Translations under genes and position numbers: made by a program
Shown: piece after piece, positions 23,055 through 32,808 of the stretch
Layout: each line of letters opens with the position of its first letter
How positions within the stretch are numbered: the first letter of the stretch is position 1
Assembly: GCA_965248695.1 (NCBI GenBank)
Contig: CBDFKD010000002.1
Coordinates: 3,424,001-3,488,000 of the forward strand
Origin: Acidobacteriota bacterium
Lineage (GTDB): Bacteria > Acidobacteriota > UBA890 > WLXD01
Direction of reading: 5' to 3'
Length of the DNA stretch: 64,000 nucleotides
The notes under the pieces: generated by a model
The model's database searches: none
What the model was told of the DNA's origin: nothing
Seen by the model: only the letters and a program-made list of their open reading frames with translations

Positions 23055-24415
23055 CCTCCGATTTCATCGTCGAGCCACAGCGCCGCACACCGGTCGTTGA
23101 CCGCTGCGATGTGATCGTCGTGGGCGGCGGTCCGGCCGGACTGGCGGCGGCCGTGGCGGCGGCGCGAAACGGCGCCCGCGTGACCCTGTTGGAGCGCTAC
23201 TCGCACCTCGGCGGCCTCGCCTCGGGTGGCCAAGTGCTGGTGCTCGACGACATGTGCGACGGCGACGAGGTGGTGGTTCGCGGCATCTGCCAGGAGATCG
23301 TCGACCGCATGGACCGGATGGGGCTGGCCGTCTACCCGCCTCCTGAAGATCGCCGCAAGAGCCCAGAAATGTCGCGCAAGTGGTCGCGCTGGGGGTTGTA
23401 CGACTACTACTCGCGTGAGCGGCCGCAACCGATCCTCTACGCAGTGGCGTTCGACCCCGAAGCCTGGAAGCGCGCCTCCGAGGATCTGGTGGCCGAAAGC
23501 GACATGCAGTTGCGGCTACATTCGTGGTTCTCGGCTCCGGTGGTGACCGACGGGCGGGTCGAAGGAGTCATCTGCGACACCAAGGAAGGTAGGCAGGCGA
23601 TTCTCGGCGACGTGGTCATCGATGCCACCGGCGATCTCGACGTGGCCGTACGGGCCGGCGCCGACTTCGTCGGCGGCTCGTACATGCTGACCACCGTGTT
23701 CCGCCTCGGCGACGTTGATACCGACGTTGCGGAGCGCTTCGAGGCTGAGGAGCACGACGAGTTCGCCCGGCTCGACCGCCAGGCCCGCAAGATCCTCGGC
23801 GGCTCCTGGGCTCGCTGGTGGCTGAAGACGCCGCTGCCGGGAGTCGTATGGTGCAATTGCCCGCACCTGACCGGATTCGATGGCGTCAAGGTGGGTGACC
23901 TGACGGCTGCCGTCCTCGAGGGACGCCGTCGAATCGATGCCCTGATCGAGTACGCCCGCGCGCAGCTGCCGGGCTTCGAGCGCTGTCAGTTGGTCGACGT
24001 GGCGCCGCAGACCGGGGTGCGACAGACGCGCATGCTGCAGGGCGAGTACGTCGTGACCCACGACGACGTCGCCAACCGGGTGCACTTCACCGATAGCATT
24101 GCGCGCGGGCGCGACTACTACACGCCGTACCGGGCCTTGCTGCCGCGCAGCATCGATCAATTGCTGGTGGCCGGGCGACACTACTCGGTGACCCCCGAGG
24201 CACAGAAGACCTCGCGCGAGATTCCGCCGTGCATGGCGATGGGCGAGGCGGCCGGCGTCGCCGCGGCGATGGCGCTCGAGTCCGGAGAGACAGTGCGAGA
24301 TGTCGACGTGACCAGACTGCAAGCGCGGCTTCGGGAGCAGGGAGCCGATCCGGGCGAGACACCGTCCGCAACCGCGACGATCCGAGATGGCGTGTCGGCG
24401 GGAGCCCGGAGTTGA
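23051..24415 (+). CDS. FAD-dependent oxidoreductase
   Basis: DVIVVGGGPAG, LLERYSHLGG, IDATGDLD, PYRALLP, LLVAGR, CMAMGEAAG. Confidence 0.9.
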   Translation: MTSDFIVEPQRRTPVVDRCDVIVVGGGPAGLAAAVAAARNGARVTLLERYSHLGGLASGGQVLVLDDMCDGDEVVVRGICQEIVDRMDRMGLAVYPPPEDRRKSPEMSRKWSRWGLYDYYSRERPQPILYAVAFDPEAWKRASEDLVAESDMQLRLHSWFSAPVVTDGRVEGVICDTKEGRQAILGDVVIDATGDLDVAVRAGADFVGGSYMLTTVFRLGDVDTDVAERFEAEEHDEFARLDRQARKILGGSWARWWLKTPLPGVVWCNCPHLTGFDGVKVGDLTAAVLEGRRRIDALIEYARAQLPGFERCQLVDVAPQTGVRQTRMLQGEYVVTHDDVANRVHFTDSIARGRDYYTPYRALLPRSIDQLLVAGRHYSVTPEAQKTSREIPPCMAMGEAAGVAAAMALESGETVRDVDVTRLQARLREQGADPGETPSATATIRDGVSAGARS

Positions 24416-25599
24416 GCCGTTCGCTTCCGCTGAGCGGCGTTCGGATCATCGATATGACCCAGGTGATGCTCGGCCCCTGTGGCACGCAAGTGCTGGGCGA
24501 CTACGGCGCCGATGTGATCAAGATCGAGCGACCGGGGAGCGGCGACCTCATGCGCTGGGCTTTACCGGACGACCCCGATGGGTCCGACAACCCGGTGTTC
24601 GGCAGCCTCAACCGCAACAAGCGGAGCCTGGCGCTCGATCTGAAGTCCCCTGAGGGAAACCAGATCCTGATCGACTTGCTACGCGACGCCGACGTGGTGA
24701 CCAACAACTTCCGTGCCGGTGTGATGCAGCGCATGGGGCTGAGCTACGAGCTCCTTGCAGAGATCAACCCCGGCATCATCTACGCCACCGGTACCGGATT
24801 CGGGAGCCGCGGACCGAACGCCCACAAGGGCGGCCAGGACGTCCTGGCGCAAGCAGTCTCCGGCGCCATGGCAAGACGGTCGAACCCCGACGATCCGCTC
24901 AGCATCTACCCCACCGCTCTGGCCGACTATGCCGCCGGCATGCATCTGGTACAGGCAATCCTGCTGGCACTGCTCGAACGTCAACAGACGGGAATGGGGC
25001 AGACGGTCGAAGTCTCGCTGTACGACTCGATGCTGGCGATGCAAATGCAGGAAGCAGCGATGTGGCTGATGCGTGAGGACGAGCTCAACTGGGGCGCCAT
25101 GCCGCTGTCCGGCGTGTTCACGACCACCGATGGAGCTCTGGTGCTGGTGGGAGCTTTCAAACGCCATCCTCTACGAGACATCTCGACCGCGCTGGGAATC
25201 GACGACCTGTCCGAGGATCCGCGTTTCGATTCCATGGGTCAGATGGTTCAGAACCGTGCCGAGCTACAGGCGATCTTCCGTCAGCGGTTCGCGCAGCAAA
25301 GCACCGCCCACTGGATCGCCGCACTCGAGACCCAGGATCTGCTCTGCGCCCCGGTTCGGTCGCTCGGCGAGGCACTGGTCGACGAGCAAACAGCGATCAA
25401 CGACATGATCGTCGAGATGACGCACCCCAGCGGCTCTCGCCTGCACGCCGTCGCCACGCCGATCGTCATGGGGGGCGAGCGCACGCGTTGCGCTGAGGCG
25501 CCGCCGCGACTCGGAGAGCACTCCGACGCCATCCTCGACGAGCTCGGCTACGATGCCGACGCCATCGCCGCGTTGCGAGCGAGCGGGATCGTAGCGTGA
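24412..25599 (+). CDS. Family III CoA-transferase (CaiB/BaiF/Frc-like)
   Basis: PLSGVRIIDMT, GADVIKIERPG.GD, NRNKRSLALDLK, NFRAG, PPRLGEH. Confidence 0.93.
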   Translation: MSRSLPLSGVRIIDMTQVMLGPCGTQVLGDYGADVIKIERPGSGDLMRWALPDDPDGSDNPVFGSLNRNKRSLALDLKSPEGNQILIDLLRDADVVTNNFRAGVMQRMGLSYELLAEINPGIIYATGTGFGSRGPNAHKGGQDVLAQAVSGAMARRSNPDDPLSIYPTALADYAAGMHLVQAILLALLERQQTGMGQTVEVSLYDSMLAMQMQEAAMWLMREDELNWGAMPLSGVFTTTDGALVLVGAFKRHPLRDISTALGIDDLSEDPRFDSMGQMVQNRAELQAIFRQRFAQQSTAHWIAALETQDLLCAPVRSLGEALVDEQTAINDMIVEMTHPSGSRLHAVATPIVMGGERTRCAEAPPRLGEHSDAILDELGYDADAIAALRASGIVA

Positions 25600-26381
25600 G
25601 CGTCCAGCTCCAGATCGCCGACCACGTCGCACGGGTGACCATCGATCGGCCCGAGGTGCTCAACGCCGTAGACCAGGCAACCGAACGACAGTTGCGGGCA
25701 CTATGGGAGGAGCTCGAGTCGAATCGGGATGTTCGCGCTATCGTGGTAACCGGCGCCGGAAATCGCGCCTTCTGCGTTGGCGCCGACCTCAAGAGTGCGG
25801 CCGAAGGAGAGCAGGTAACCGGGCTCGAGTACCTGGCGAGCCGACGTCATGGCGGTTTCGCCGGTCTGGCGATGAACGACGAATTGATCACCCCGGTGGT
25901 GGCGCGGGTCAACGGTTACGCGCTCGGCGGAGGCCTCGAGATGCTGCTGGGGTGTGATATCGCCGTCGCCTGCACCGAGGCTCGGTTCGGCTTTCCCGAG
26001 CCGCGCGTCGGCCGCTTGCCGCTCGACGGAGGGATGACGCTGCTGGGCCGCAAGATCGGCGACAAGGCGGCCATGGGGCTGCTGCTCACCGGACGCCAGA
26101 TCGATGCCACCGAGGCCGCGCGTCTCGGGCTCGTGAACGAGGTCGTACCTCGAACAGATCTCGACGAGACGGTGGATCGCTGGGTCACAGATATTCTCGC
26201 CTGCGCCCCGCTGGCCACGCGGGCGATCAAGCAGGCGGTGCGGCAAACAGCCCATCAGAGCGTCGCCGAGGCGGCCGCGCAACGTCTGCCCGCGGTCCTC
26301 GCGGCGGTCGACTCCGACGACGCCGAGGAAGGGGTGCGGGCGTTCGCGGAGAAGCGGCAGCCCGTTTGGAAAGGCCGCTAG
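25596..26381 (+). CDS. Enoyl-CoA hydratase/isomerase (crotonase family)
   Basis: RPEVLNA, AFCVGADL, VNGYALGGGLE, FGFPE, EGVRAFAEKRQPVWKG. Confidence 0.93.
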   Translation: MSVQLQIADHVARVTIDRPEVLNAVDQATERQLRALWEELESNRDVRAIVVTGAGNRAFCVGADLKSAAEGEQVTGLEYLASRRHGGFAGLAMNDELITPVVARVNGYALGGGLEMLLGCDIAVACTEARFGFPEPRVGRLPLDGGMTLLGRKIGDKAAMGLLLTGRQIDATEAARLGLVNEVVPRTDLDETVDRWVTDILACAPLATRAIKQAVRQTAHQSVAEAAAQRLPAVLAAVDSDDAEEGVRAFAEKRQPVWKGR

Positions 26382-26432
26382 TCGCTCGAGCAGGCCGCGA
26401 CATTCGCGGCGCCGAAAGTTGGAGAACAACAA

Positions 26433-29051
26433 TTAGCCGGGGTCGGCCTCGCTAGCGCTCGCCGCGTCCTGCGCCAGGACTCGATAGGCGTCGGCCTCAC
26501 CCGGCCGGGCCCACGCCTCGTACAAGTGCACCAGATCCGCGGCAATATCGCCGAGCAGCTGCGCGTCGGGGTCGGCCTGTGATTGAGCCGTCTGCATTGC
26601 CTCGAGTAGGGCGCGCTCGGACTGCCGGTAGCGTCCGAGGTCCAGCAGACTCCTCGCATACGCGCCGCTGACCCAGATCAGTTCCTCGGGGCCCGATTCA
26701 GGGTCGCGGCGAATCACTCCCAGCGCCTCGGCATAATAGGGCTCGGCGCGCTCTGGACTACCACTGCCCATCTCCACATGGCCGAGGCTGACGAGCGTGT
26801 CCGCCACGTTCAGCCCCTCACCCCAGATCAGCCGCGACATCCGTAACGACTCCAGAAACAGCTCGCGTGCCTCAGTATGCTCGCCGCGCTCGTCGAGAAG
26901 CACGGCGAGGTTCTCCAGTGCGTTGACCACTCCAGGGTGGCGGTCGCCCAGAACCTTGCGATTCATCGCCAGCGCCTCGCGCAGCAGCGGCTCCGCCGCC
27001 TCCAGTCGCTCGCGGTCCATCAACAGCGCGGCCAGGTTCGACAGCGAGGTCGCAAGCTCGGGGTGCTCGTCGCCGAGGGTCGCCCTCGACAGCTCCAGTG
27101 ACTCGCGATACAGACGCTCGGCGTCGTCGAGCTCCCCACGGTCGTGGTGGATCGTCGCCAAGTTGTTGAGGCTGGATGCCACGTCCCGGTGATCCGGGCC
27201 CAGAACCAGGCGCCGGATCTGCAAGACCTCGCGGTACATGTTCTCGGCCTGCCCGAGGTTGCCGCGCTCGTGAAGGACGTTAGCGAGATTGTCCAGCACC
27301 TCGGCGACGTCGGCATGCTGGCGGCCGCGGAATCGCTCACGCGTCTCCAGCGACTCCCTGTACAGCTGCTCGGCGTCCTGCAGATCGCCGCGGTCGAAGC
27401 GCACCTCACCAAGGCTGTTGAGGGTTGCGGCAGTCTCGAGGCTGGCCCCGCTCGCCTCTCTACGGAGGGTCAACGCCGATCGCAGCTGCCCCTCGGCCTC
27501 CTCCAGTCGCCCCAACCGCGCGAACGTGGTGCCGATCGTGTGGCGCACCGCCGCCTGCAGGTCGGGTTGATCCGCGAAGGTGGCAGCAATGCGCGGCACC
27601 GCCGCTTCGACGGACTCGATCACGGTCACGTCGCGGCCTACCCCCCGGATCGGATCCGCGGACGCCATGATCTCCTGCAAGAAGTCACTCACTGCCGTGG
27701 CGCGCTCGGCCGACCGTTCGGCGCGGTCGCGCTCGACGGCCACCTGACCGGACTGCACGACGATCGTCGCGGCCAGCGCCAGGCCGAACACCGCCGCCGT
27801 CGCCCCGACGGCGACGCCCAGACGATGACGACCCACGAACTTGCCGGCGCGGTAGCCCAGGGTATCGGCGCGGGCTCTGACCGGAAGCCCCTTCAGATGG
27901 CGTTGGACATCGTCCGAGAAGTGCTCGACCGACGAATACCGTCGGTTGGGCTCCTTGCGCAGCGCCATGAGCACGATGTTGTCGAGATCACCTGTGAGCG
28001 CACGCTGCAACCGTTCCGGCACCGCGCCGCGCGCTTCCGCAATCGCGGCCGGGTCGAGGCGGGGAGCCGATCCCAACGACCGCGCCGCGCTCTTTGTCTG
28101 CGGCACCACATCACTCGGGCGCGATGGGTGCGTCGTACCAACCAGGACCTCGATGTCCGGCATCGGGAGGTTGTCGAGCTGGAACGGACGTCGACCGGTC
28201 AACAGCTCATAGAGCAGCACGCCTAGCGAGTACACGTCGCTCGTGGTGGTGATGGCGCCGCCGCGTATCTGTTCCGGGCTGGCATACTCCGGCGTCATCA
28301 CTCGCATCTCGAGCACGGTCGGGTCCTGGACCCCCGCCGACAGCTCGGGGTTGAGCAGCTTGGCGATGCCGAAGTCGAGGAGCTTGGGCACCCCGTCCGC
28401 CGATACGAGGATGTTCCCCGGTTTGATGTCGCGATGCACCACCAGATTCTGGTGCGCCACCTGGACCGCAGAACACACCAGGCAGAACAGCTCCAGACGT
28501 TCGTCGACCGACAGCTGGTTGCGGTCGCAGTAGACGTTGATCGGCTCACCTTCGATGTACTCCATGACGAAGTACGGCAGGCCGTCATCGGTCGAGCCAC
28601 CATCCAGCAGACGGGCAATGAACGGATGGTCGATGCTGGCGAGAATCTGACGCTCGCCGCGAAAGCGTCGCAGAATATCGGCCGTCGCCATCCCGCGCCG
28701 TACGACCTTGATGGCGACGCGTCGCTGAAACTCGTCGTCATCGCGAACGGCGAGGTAAACGCTGCCGGTGCCGCCGCGACCGATTCGGCGCAGCACCTTG
28801 TAGTGACCGATGCGCTCTCCGATACGCGAGCCGCCGTCGCGTAGGTCGATCACCTGGGCCGCCGCAGCCTGCGGCGGGTCATCGAGAAAGTCGGCCGCCG
28901 AATCGTGCGACGACAGCAGCGTGCGGACCTCCCGGCGCAAGGTCTCGTCACCGGCAGTGGCGTCGTCGATGAATGCCTCGCGCTCGTCGGCAGGCCGCTC
29001 GAGGGCCTGCTGGAAGAGCTCCTTCACACGTCGCCAGCGATCCGCGTTCAC
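26433..29051 (-). CDS. Membrane Hanks-type Ser/Thr kinase with C-terminal TPR array
   Basis: GRGGTGSVY, VAIK, HRDIKPGN, DFGIAK, TPEYASPE, one TM, repeated A.SLNNLA TPRs; GTGA overlap with the sigma gene. Confidence 0.93.
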   Translation of the reverse strand: MNADRWRRVKELFQQALERPADEREAFIDDATAGDETLRREVRTLLSSHDSAADFLDDPPQAAAAQVIDLRDGGSRIGERIGHYKVLRRIGRGGTGSVYLAVRDDDEFQRRVAIKVVRRGMATADILRRFRGERQILASIDHPFIARLLDGGSTDDGLPYFVMEYIEGEPINVYCDRNQLSVDERLELFCLVCSAVQVAHQNLVVHRDIKPGNILVSADGVPKLLDFGIAKLLNPELSAGVQDPTVLEMRVMTPEYASPEQIRGGAITTTSDVYSLGVLLYELLTGRRPFQLDNLPMPDIEVLVGTTHPSRPSDVVPQTKSAARSLGSAPRLDPAAIAEARGAVPERLQRALTGDLDNIVLMALRKEPNRRYSSVEHFSDDVQRHLKGLPVRARADTLGYRAGKFVGRHRLGVAVGATAAVFGLALAATIVVQSGQVAVERDRAERSAERATAVSDFLQEIMASADPIRGVGRDVTVIESVEAAVPRIAATFADQPDLQAAVRHTIGTTFARLGRLEEAEGQLRSALTLRREASGASLETAATLNSLGEVRFDRGDLQDAEQLYRESLETRERFRGRQHADVAEVLDNLANVLHERGNLGQAENMYREVLQIRRLVLGPDHRDVASSLNNLATIHHDRGELDDAERLYRESLELSRATLGDEHPELATSLSNLAALLMDRERLEAAEPLLREALAMNRKVLGDRHPGVVNALENLAVLLDERGEHTEARELFLESLRMSRLIWGEGLNVADTLVSLGHVEMGSGSPERAEPYYAEALGVIRRDPESGPEELIWVSGAYARSLLDLGRYRQSERALLEAMQTAQSQADPDAQLLGDIAADLVHLYEAWARPGEADAYRVLAQDAASASEADPG

Positions 29052-29638
29052 CGGCCCACCTCGGCGGCGATCTCGCGGTACAGCCAGGCGCGCGCCGTGC
29101 TCCACTCCCGCTTGATGGTCGCCGGCGACAGACCCAGGACCTCGCCGGTCTCCTCGATGGTGAGGCCACCGAAAAAGCGCAGCTCGACGAGCCGCGCCGC
29201 GCGGGGATCGAACTCCTGCAGTTGCTCCAGGGCATCGTCCAGAGCGACGAGGTCGAAATCACGCTCCGGCCCGGCCGCGATCTCCTCGTTGATCGCCAGC
29301 ATCGTCGCCCCACCGCCGCGCTTCGCCGCCCGCTGACGGCGCGCATGATCCACCAGGATCCGCCGCATCAGCTGCGCCGCAATGCCGAAAAAATGGGCGC
29401 GGTTTCGCCACTGAACCCGAGTCTGATCGACTAGGCGCACGTAGGCTTCGTTGACCAGCGCCGTAGCCTGCAGCGTGTGGTTACGGCGCTCTCCGCGCAG
29501 CTGCGCCCCGGCGATACGACGCAGCTCGTCGTAGACGAGGCTCATCAGCCGCTCGCGCGCTGCGTCGTCACCCTCGCTCCAACCGAGCAGCAGCTCGGTT
29601 ACTCGATGGTCGTCGTGCTCCGTGGGCTCCAGGCTCAT
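29048..29638 (-). CDS. ECF sigma factor of the kinase-associated type
   Basis: VYDELRRIA, HTLQATALVNEAY, AAQLMRRILVDHAR, VELRFFGGL, REWSTARAWL. Confidence 0.93.
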   Translation of the reverse strand: MSLEPTEHDDHRVTELLLGWSEGDDAARERLMSLVYDELRRIAGAQLRGERRNHTLQATALVNEAYVRLVDQTRVQWRNRAHFFGIAAQLMRRILVDHARRQRAAKRGGGATMLAINEEIAAGPERDFDLVALDDALEQLQEFDPRAARLVELRFFGGLTIEETGEVLGLSPATIKREWSTARAWLYREIAAEVGR

Positions 29639-29818
29639 CTCGGCAGCGTACCGGCGCGGCGGCGAGTCGATCAAGCGACCGTGCGCCTCGCGGCGACTCG
29701 ACCGACCTGCATGAGCCGTTGGGGGTCCAGAATCCGCGTCTCTGGTTGAAGGCCCCGCCGACGGTCGGCGAGCCGTTTGCAGGTAAGCTAGAGGCCACTC
29801 GGCCCAAGGAGGTGACGC

Positions 29819-30787
29819 ATGAGAACGACCGCGATGATCGCCGTCGTCAGCGCGCTAGCGGCATCGCTCGGCGCGGCATCGCTCGGCGCGACGTCGCTCC
29901 GCTTCGGGCGGCAGGACGCTGCCTCGGCTCCAACGATGCGCCGTGCGCAGCGGGCTGATCGCGAGAGCGTCCCACAGGACATCTACTTCGGAGATGCCGA
30001 GGATCGACAGCTCGGCGTTCGATGCGCCGCCCCCAGAGTGAGTCAACTCGAGCAGGAGCTCATCGATCGGGCGCTGCAGCCGCACCTGGTCAAGGCCGCC
30101 AGCGAGGCTCGCGCGGCTACGACCATCCCGGTGGTCGTCCACGTCGTAACCAAAAGGAACGGCGACTTCGAGGTCACCGACGCTCAGATCGAACGCCAGA
30201 TGACGGTACTGAACGAGTCGTTCGAGCCCCGCGGGTTCCGTTTCGAGCTTTCCGAAACACGGCGCTACCAGTCGAACGTGTTCGCCAAGAAGTGCCTGAG
30301 CTTTCAGGCCGAGAGCCGCTTCAAGCGCAACAACGCCGTCGACCCGGCCACCACCCTCAACATCTACACCTGCCGCCCGGCACGCGGAGTTCTCGGATAC
30401 GCCTGGCTACCGTTCCATTGGCCAGAGTCTGATCCGCAACATGGTGTTGTGGTGCACTATGCCACCATGCCCGACGGGATCGGGGTGCCTTACGACGAAG
30501 GCGATACCGTGGTCCACGAAGTCGGGCACTACCTCGGCTTGCTACACACCTTCAGCGGCGTCTGCAACCAAGGCGCCGGCGACCGCATCGCGGACACGCC
30601 GGCGGAACGACGCCCGGCCTACGGCTGTCCGACCGGACGCGACACATGCCCTAAGCAGGCGGGCAAGGATCCGATCCGCAACTTCATGGATTACTCCGAC
30701 GACTCCTGCATGAACCGGTTCACACCCGATCAGGCGACGTACATGGCGGCGCAGGTGGCGGCGTTCAAGCCGAGCCTGGGGAGCTAG
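29819..30787 (+). CDS. Secreted M43 (pappalysin/ulilysin-like) zinc metalloprotease
   Basis: HEVGHYLGLLHTF zinc motif, NFMDYSDD Met-turn, propeptide RC Cys-switch, signal peptide. Confidence 0.9.
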   Translation: MRTTAMIAVVSALAASLGAASLGATSLRFGRQDAASAPTMRRAQRADRESVPQDIYFGDAEDRQLGVRCAAPRVSQLEQELIDRALQPHLVKAASEARAATTIPVVVHVVTKRNGDFEVTDAQIERQMTVLNESFEPRGFRFELSETRRYQSNVFAKKCLSFQAESRFKRNNAVDPATTLNIYTCRPARGVLGYAWLPFHWPESDPQHGVVVHYATMPDGIGVPYDEGDTVVHEVGHYLGLLHTFSGVCNQGAGDRIADTPAERRPAYGCPTGRDTCPKQAGKDPIRNFMDYSDDSCMNRFTPDQATYMAAQVAAFKPSLGS

Positions 30788-30792
30788 GCAGG

Positions 30793-30813
30793 AACACGCT
30801 TCACCACGGCCAG
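30793..30813. repeat. Solo remnant of the 14.8-kb MITE terminal repeat
   Basis: AACACGCTTCACCACGGCCAG+CTAG resembles AACACACTTTCACCACGGCCTG+CTAG; lies between two CTAG stop codons. Confidence 0.55.
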
Positions 30814-32040
30814 CTAGAGCGGCAACACCACCAGGCCGTCGCGCAGCTTGGGCTCGAACCAGGTCGACTTCGGCGGCATGACCTGGCCGGCGTCCGCCAC
30901 CGCGAGCACATCGGCCAGCTGCGTGGCGTAGAACGAGAAGGCGGCCTGCATCTCTCCACTGTCGACGCGGCGCTCGAGCTCCTCCAGCCCTCGGATGCCG
31001 CCAACGAAATCAATGCGGTCGTCGGTGCGCTGATCCTCGATGCCGAGCAGCGATGCGAGGCAGTTGGCACCCAGGACGTTGATATCGAGCCGGCCGACGG
31101 GGTCGTCAGGCACCAGGTCCGTATCGATCTCCAGCCGGTACCAACGGCCCGCGAGGTACAGGCCGAACGCTCCCGGGCGCGACGATTGTACCGCCGCATC
31201 GCTGGGCTCGACGGTAAACGCCTGCCCGAGGGCATCGATGAGCTCGTCGGGACTGCGCTCGCCGATCGTCGAGACGACGCGGTTGTACGGCAGGATCTGC
31301 ACCTGGTCGTCGGGAAACATCACCGCCAGGAACCACTCGGCACCACCGACATCCTCCCCGGATGCGCGCCGCGCCTGGCGCCATTCGTGGAGCTTGGCAG
31401 CCGCCGCCGAGCGGTGGTGGCCGTCGGCCATGTAGATCGCCGGCATGGCGTTGAATGCGGCCGCCAGCGCATCGGGCTCAGCGACCACCCAGAGGCTGTG
31501 GCGCACGCCATCCTCACCTGTGACGTCGAGGTCCGGGGGGCCGCTCAGCCACTCGGCAACGAGCCGGTCGACCTCGGGATCGGAGCGGTGGGTCAGGAAC
31601 AACGTGCCCGTGTGCGCATCGAGGGCGTCGGCGTTGCGGGCCCGGTCATCTACCTTGTCGTCCTTGGTGTGCTCGTGCAGTCGGATACGACCGTCGAGGT
31701 AGGCGGCGATGCTGGCGGCGGCCACCACACCGGTCTGCGTATGCGCACCCATCACGACCCTGTACACATAGAGAGCTGGGGATTCGTCGCGACGCAACAG
31801 GCCCTCATCGATCAGGCGGTCGAGGTTGGCTCGACCACGGGCATGGACCTCGGACAGGTGCGGGTCGGTACCCGGAGGAAAGTCGATCTCCGGCTTCGAT
31901 ACGTGCAGGAACGAATCGGCGTTGTCGCCAACCAGGCGTCGAGCTTCCTCGCTGTCGACCACGTCATACGGAGGAGCGGCAACCCGCGCAGCACTGTCGG
32001 GTGTGGACCGCAGGGCGCGAAAGGGCCTGATCAGCTGCAT
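30814..32040 (-). CDS. DUF1015 family protein
   Basis: IRPFRALR, PPYDVV, HEHT, YMADGHHRSAAA, MPPKSTWFEPKLRDGL. Confidence 0.9.
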   Translation of the reverse strand: MQLIRPFRALRSTPDSAARVAAPPYDVVDSEEARRLVGDNADSFLHVSKPEIDFPPGTDPHLSEVHARGRANLDRLIDEGLLRRDESPALYVYRVVMGAHTQTGVVAAASIAAYLDGRIRLHEHTKDDKVDDRARNADALDAHTGTLFLTHRSDPEVDRLVAEWLSGPPDLDVTGEDGVRHSLWVVAEPDALAAAFNAMPAIYMADGHHRSAAAAKLHEWRQARRASGEDVGGAEWFLAVMFPDDQVQILPYNRVVSTIGERSPDELIDALGQAFTVEPSDAAVQSSRPGAFGLYLAGRWYRLEIDTDLVPDDPVGRLDINVLGANCLASLLGIEDQRTDDRIDFVGGIRGLEELERRVDSGEMQAAFSFYATQLADVLAVADAGQVMPPKSTWFEPKLRDGLVVLPL

Positions 32041-32089
32041 AAGAAGCTCCTGCACGTTGCGGCACAGCTCCGCCTAGCGGCAACTCGCC

Positions 32090-32644
32090 TCATTTCTTCT
32101 TCGGGCGGAAGGCGACGAGCTTGGACTCGTCGGTGGTCAAGTAGGGGCCACCGACCAGGTCGACGCAGTACGGGATGGCCGGGAACACCGCGTCGAGGCA
32201 CTCGCCGATCGCTTTAGGTTGCCCGGGCAGGTTGAGTATCAAGCTGCTACCACGGATACCGGCTGTCTGGCGCGACAGGATTGCCGTGGGCACGGCACGC
32301 AGCGACACCGTCCGCATGAGCTCCCCGAACCCCGGCAGGAGCTTGTCGCTCACCGCCTCGGTGGCCTCCGGCGTGATGTCGCGCGCCGCCGGACCGGTTC
32401 CCCCGGTGGTAATCACCAGGCAGCAGCTCTCGCGGTCGCAGAGATCGCGCAGCGTGCTCTCGATCTCGGCCTGTTCGTCGGGTATCACCCGCGCCACCGG
32501 CTCCCAGCTCGACGTCAGGAGGTCGTCCAGGTACGCCTGGATAGCCGGCCCGCCACGGTCCTCGTACTCGCCGCGGCTGGCCCGGTCCGAGACCGTGACG
32601 ATGCCGATCCTCGCGCTGTCGCTCACGGCGGCGGATTCTGCCAT
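32090..32644 (-). CDS. mog: Molybdopterin adenylyltransferase
   Basis: VTVSDRASRGEYED.GGP, TTGGTGPAARDITPEAT, VPTAILSRQ, NLPGQPK. Confidence 0.95.
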   Translation of the reverse strand: MAESAAVSDSARIGIVTVSDRASRGEYEDRGGPAIQAYLDDLLTSSWEPVARVIPDEQAEIESTLRDLCDRESCCLVITTGGTGPAARDITPEATEAVSDKLLPGFGELMRTVSLRAVPTAILSRQTAGIRGSSLILNLPGQPKAIGECLDAVFPAIPYCVDLVGGPYLTTDESKLVAFRPKKK

Positions 32645-32685
32645 CTCCGGAAGGGGAGCGTCAGCATAGAGCCTGTAAACAGGGT

Positions 32686-32727
32686 GGACTCTGTATGAGG
32701 GACTCCGTAAGAGGGACTCTCTATGAG
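32686..32727. repeat. Three tandem 14-bp direct repeats in a divergent intergenic region
   Basis: GGACTCTGTATGAG / GGACTCCGTAAGAG / GGACTCTCTATGAG. Confidence 0.65.
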
Positions 32728-32808
32728 AAAGTCCGGCGATCGACGCAACGCGAGCGGATCCCCGGAACGCGAGCCGGACCCGGCGCTCCACCTCTTTACC
32801 AGAGACAG

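Noticed and set aside
26700-27500. Repetitive DNA in the kinase gene (likewise 47700-48790 in the PKD gene)
   Set aside because: Explained by TPR and PKD protein domain repeats
32686-32727. Possible mini-CRISPR
   Set aside because: 14-bp units, no spacers, no cas genes
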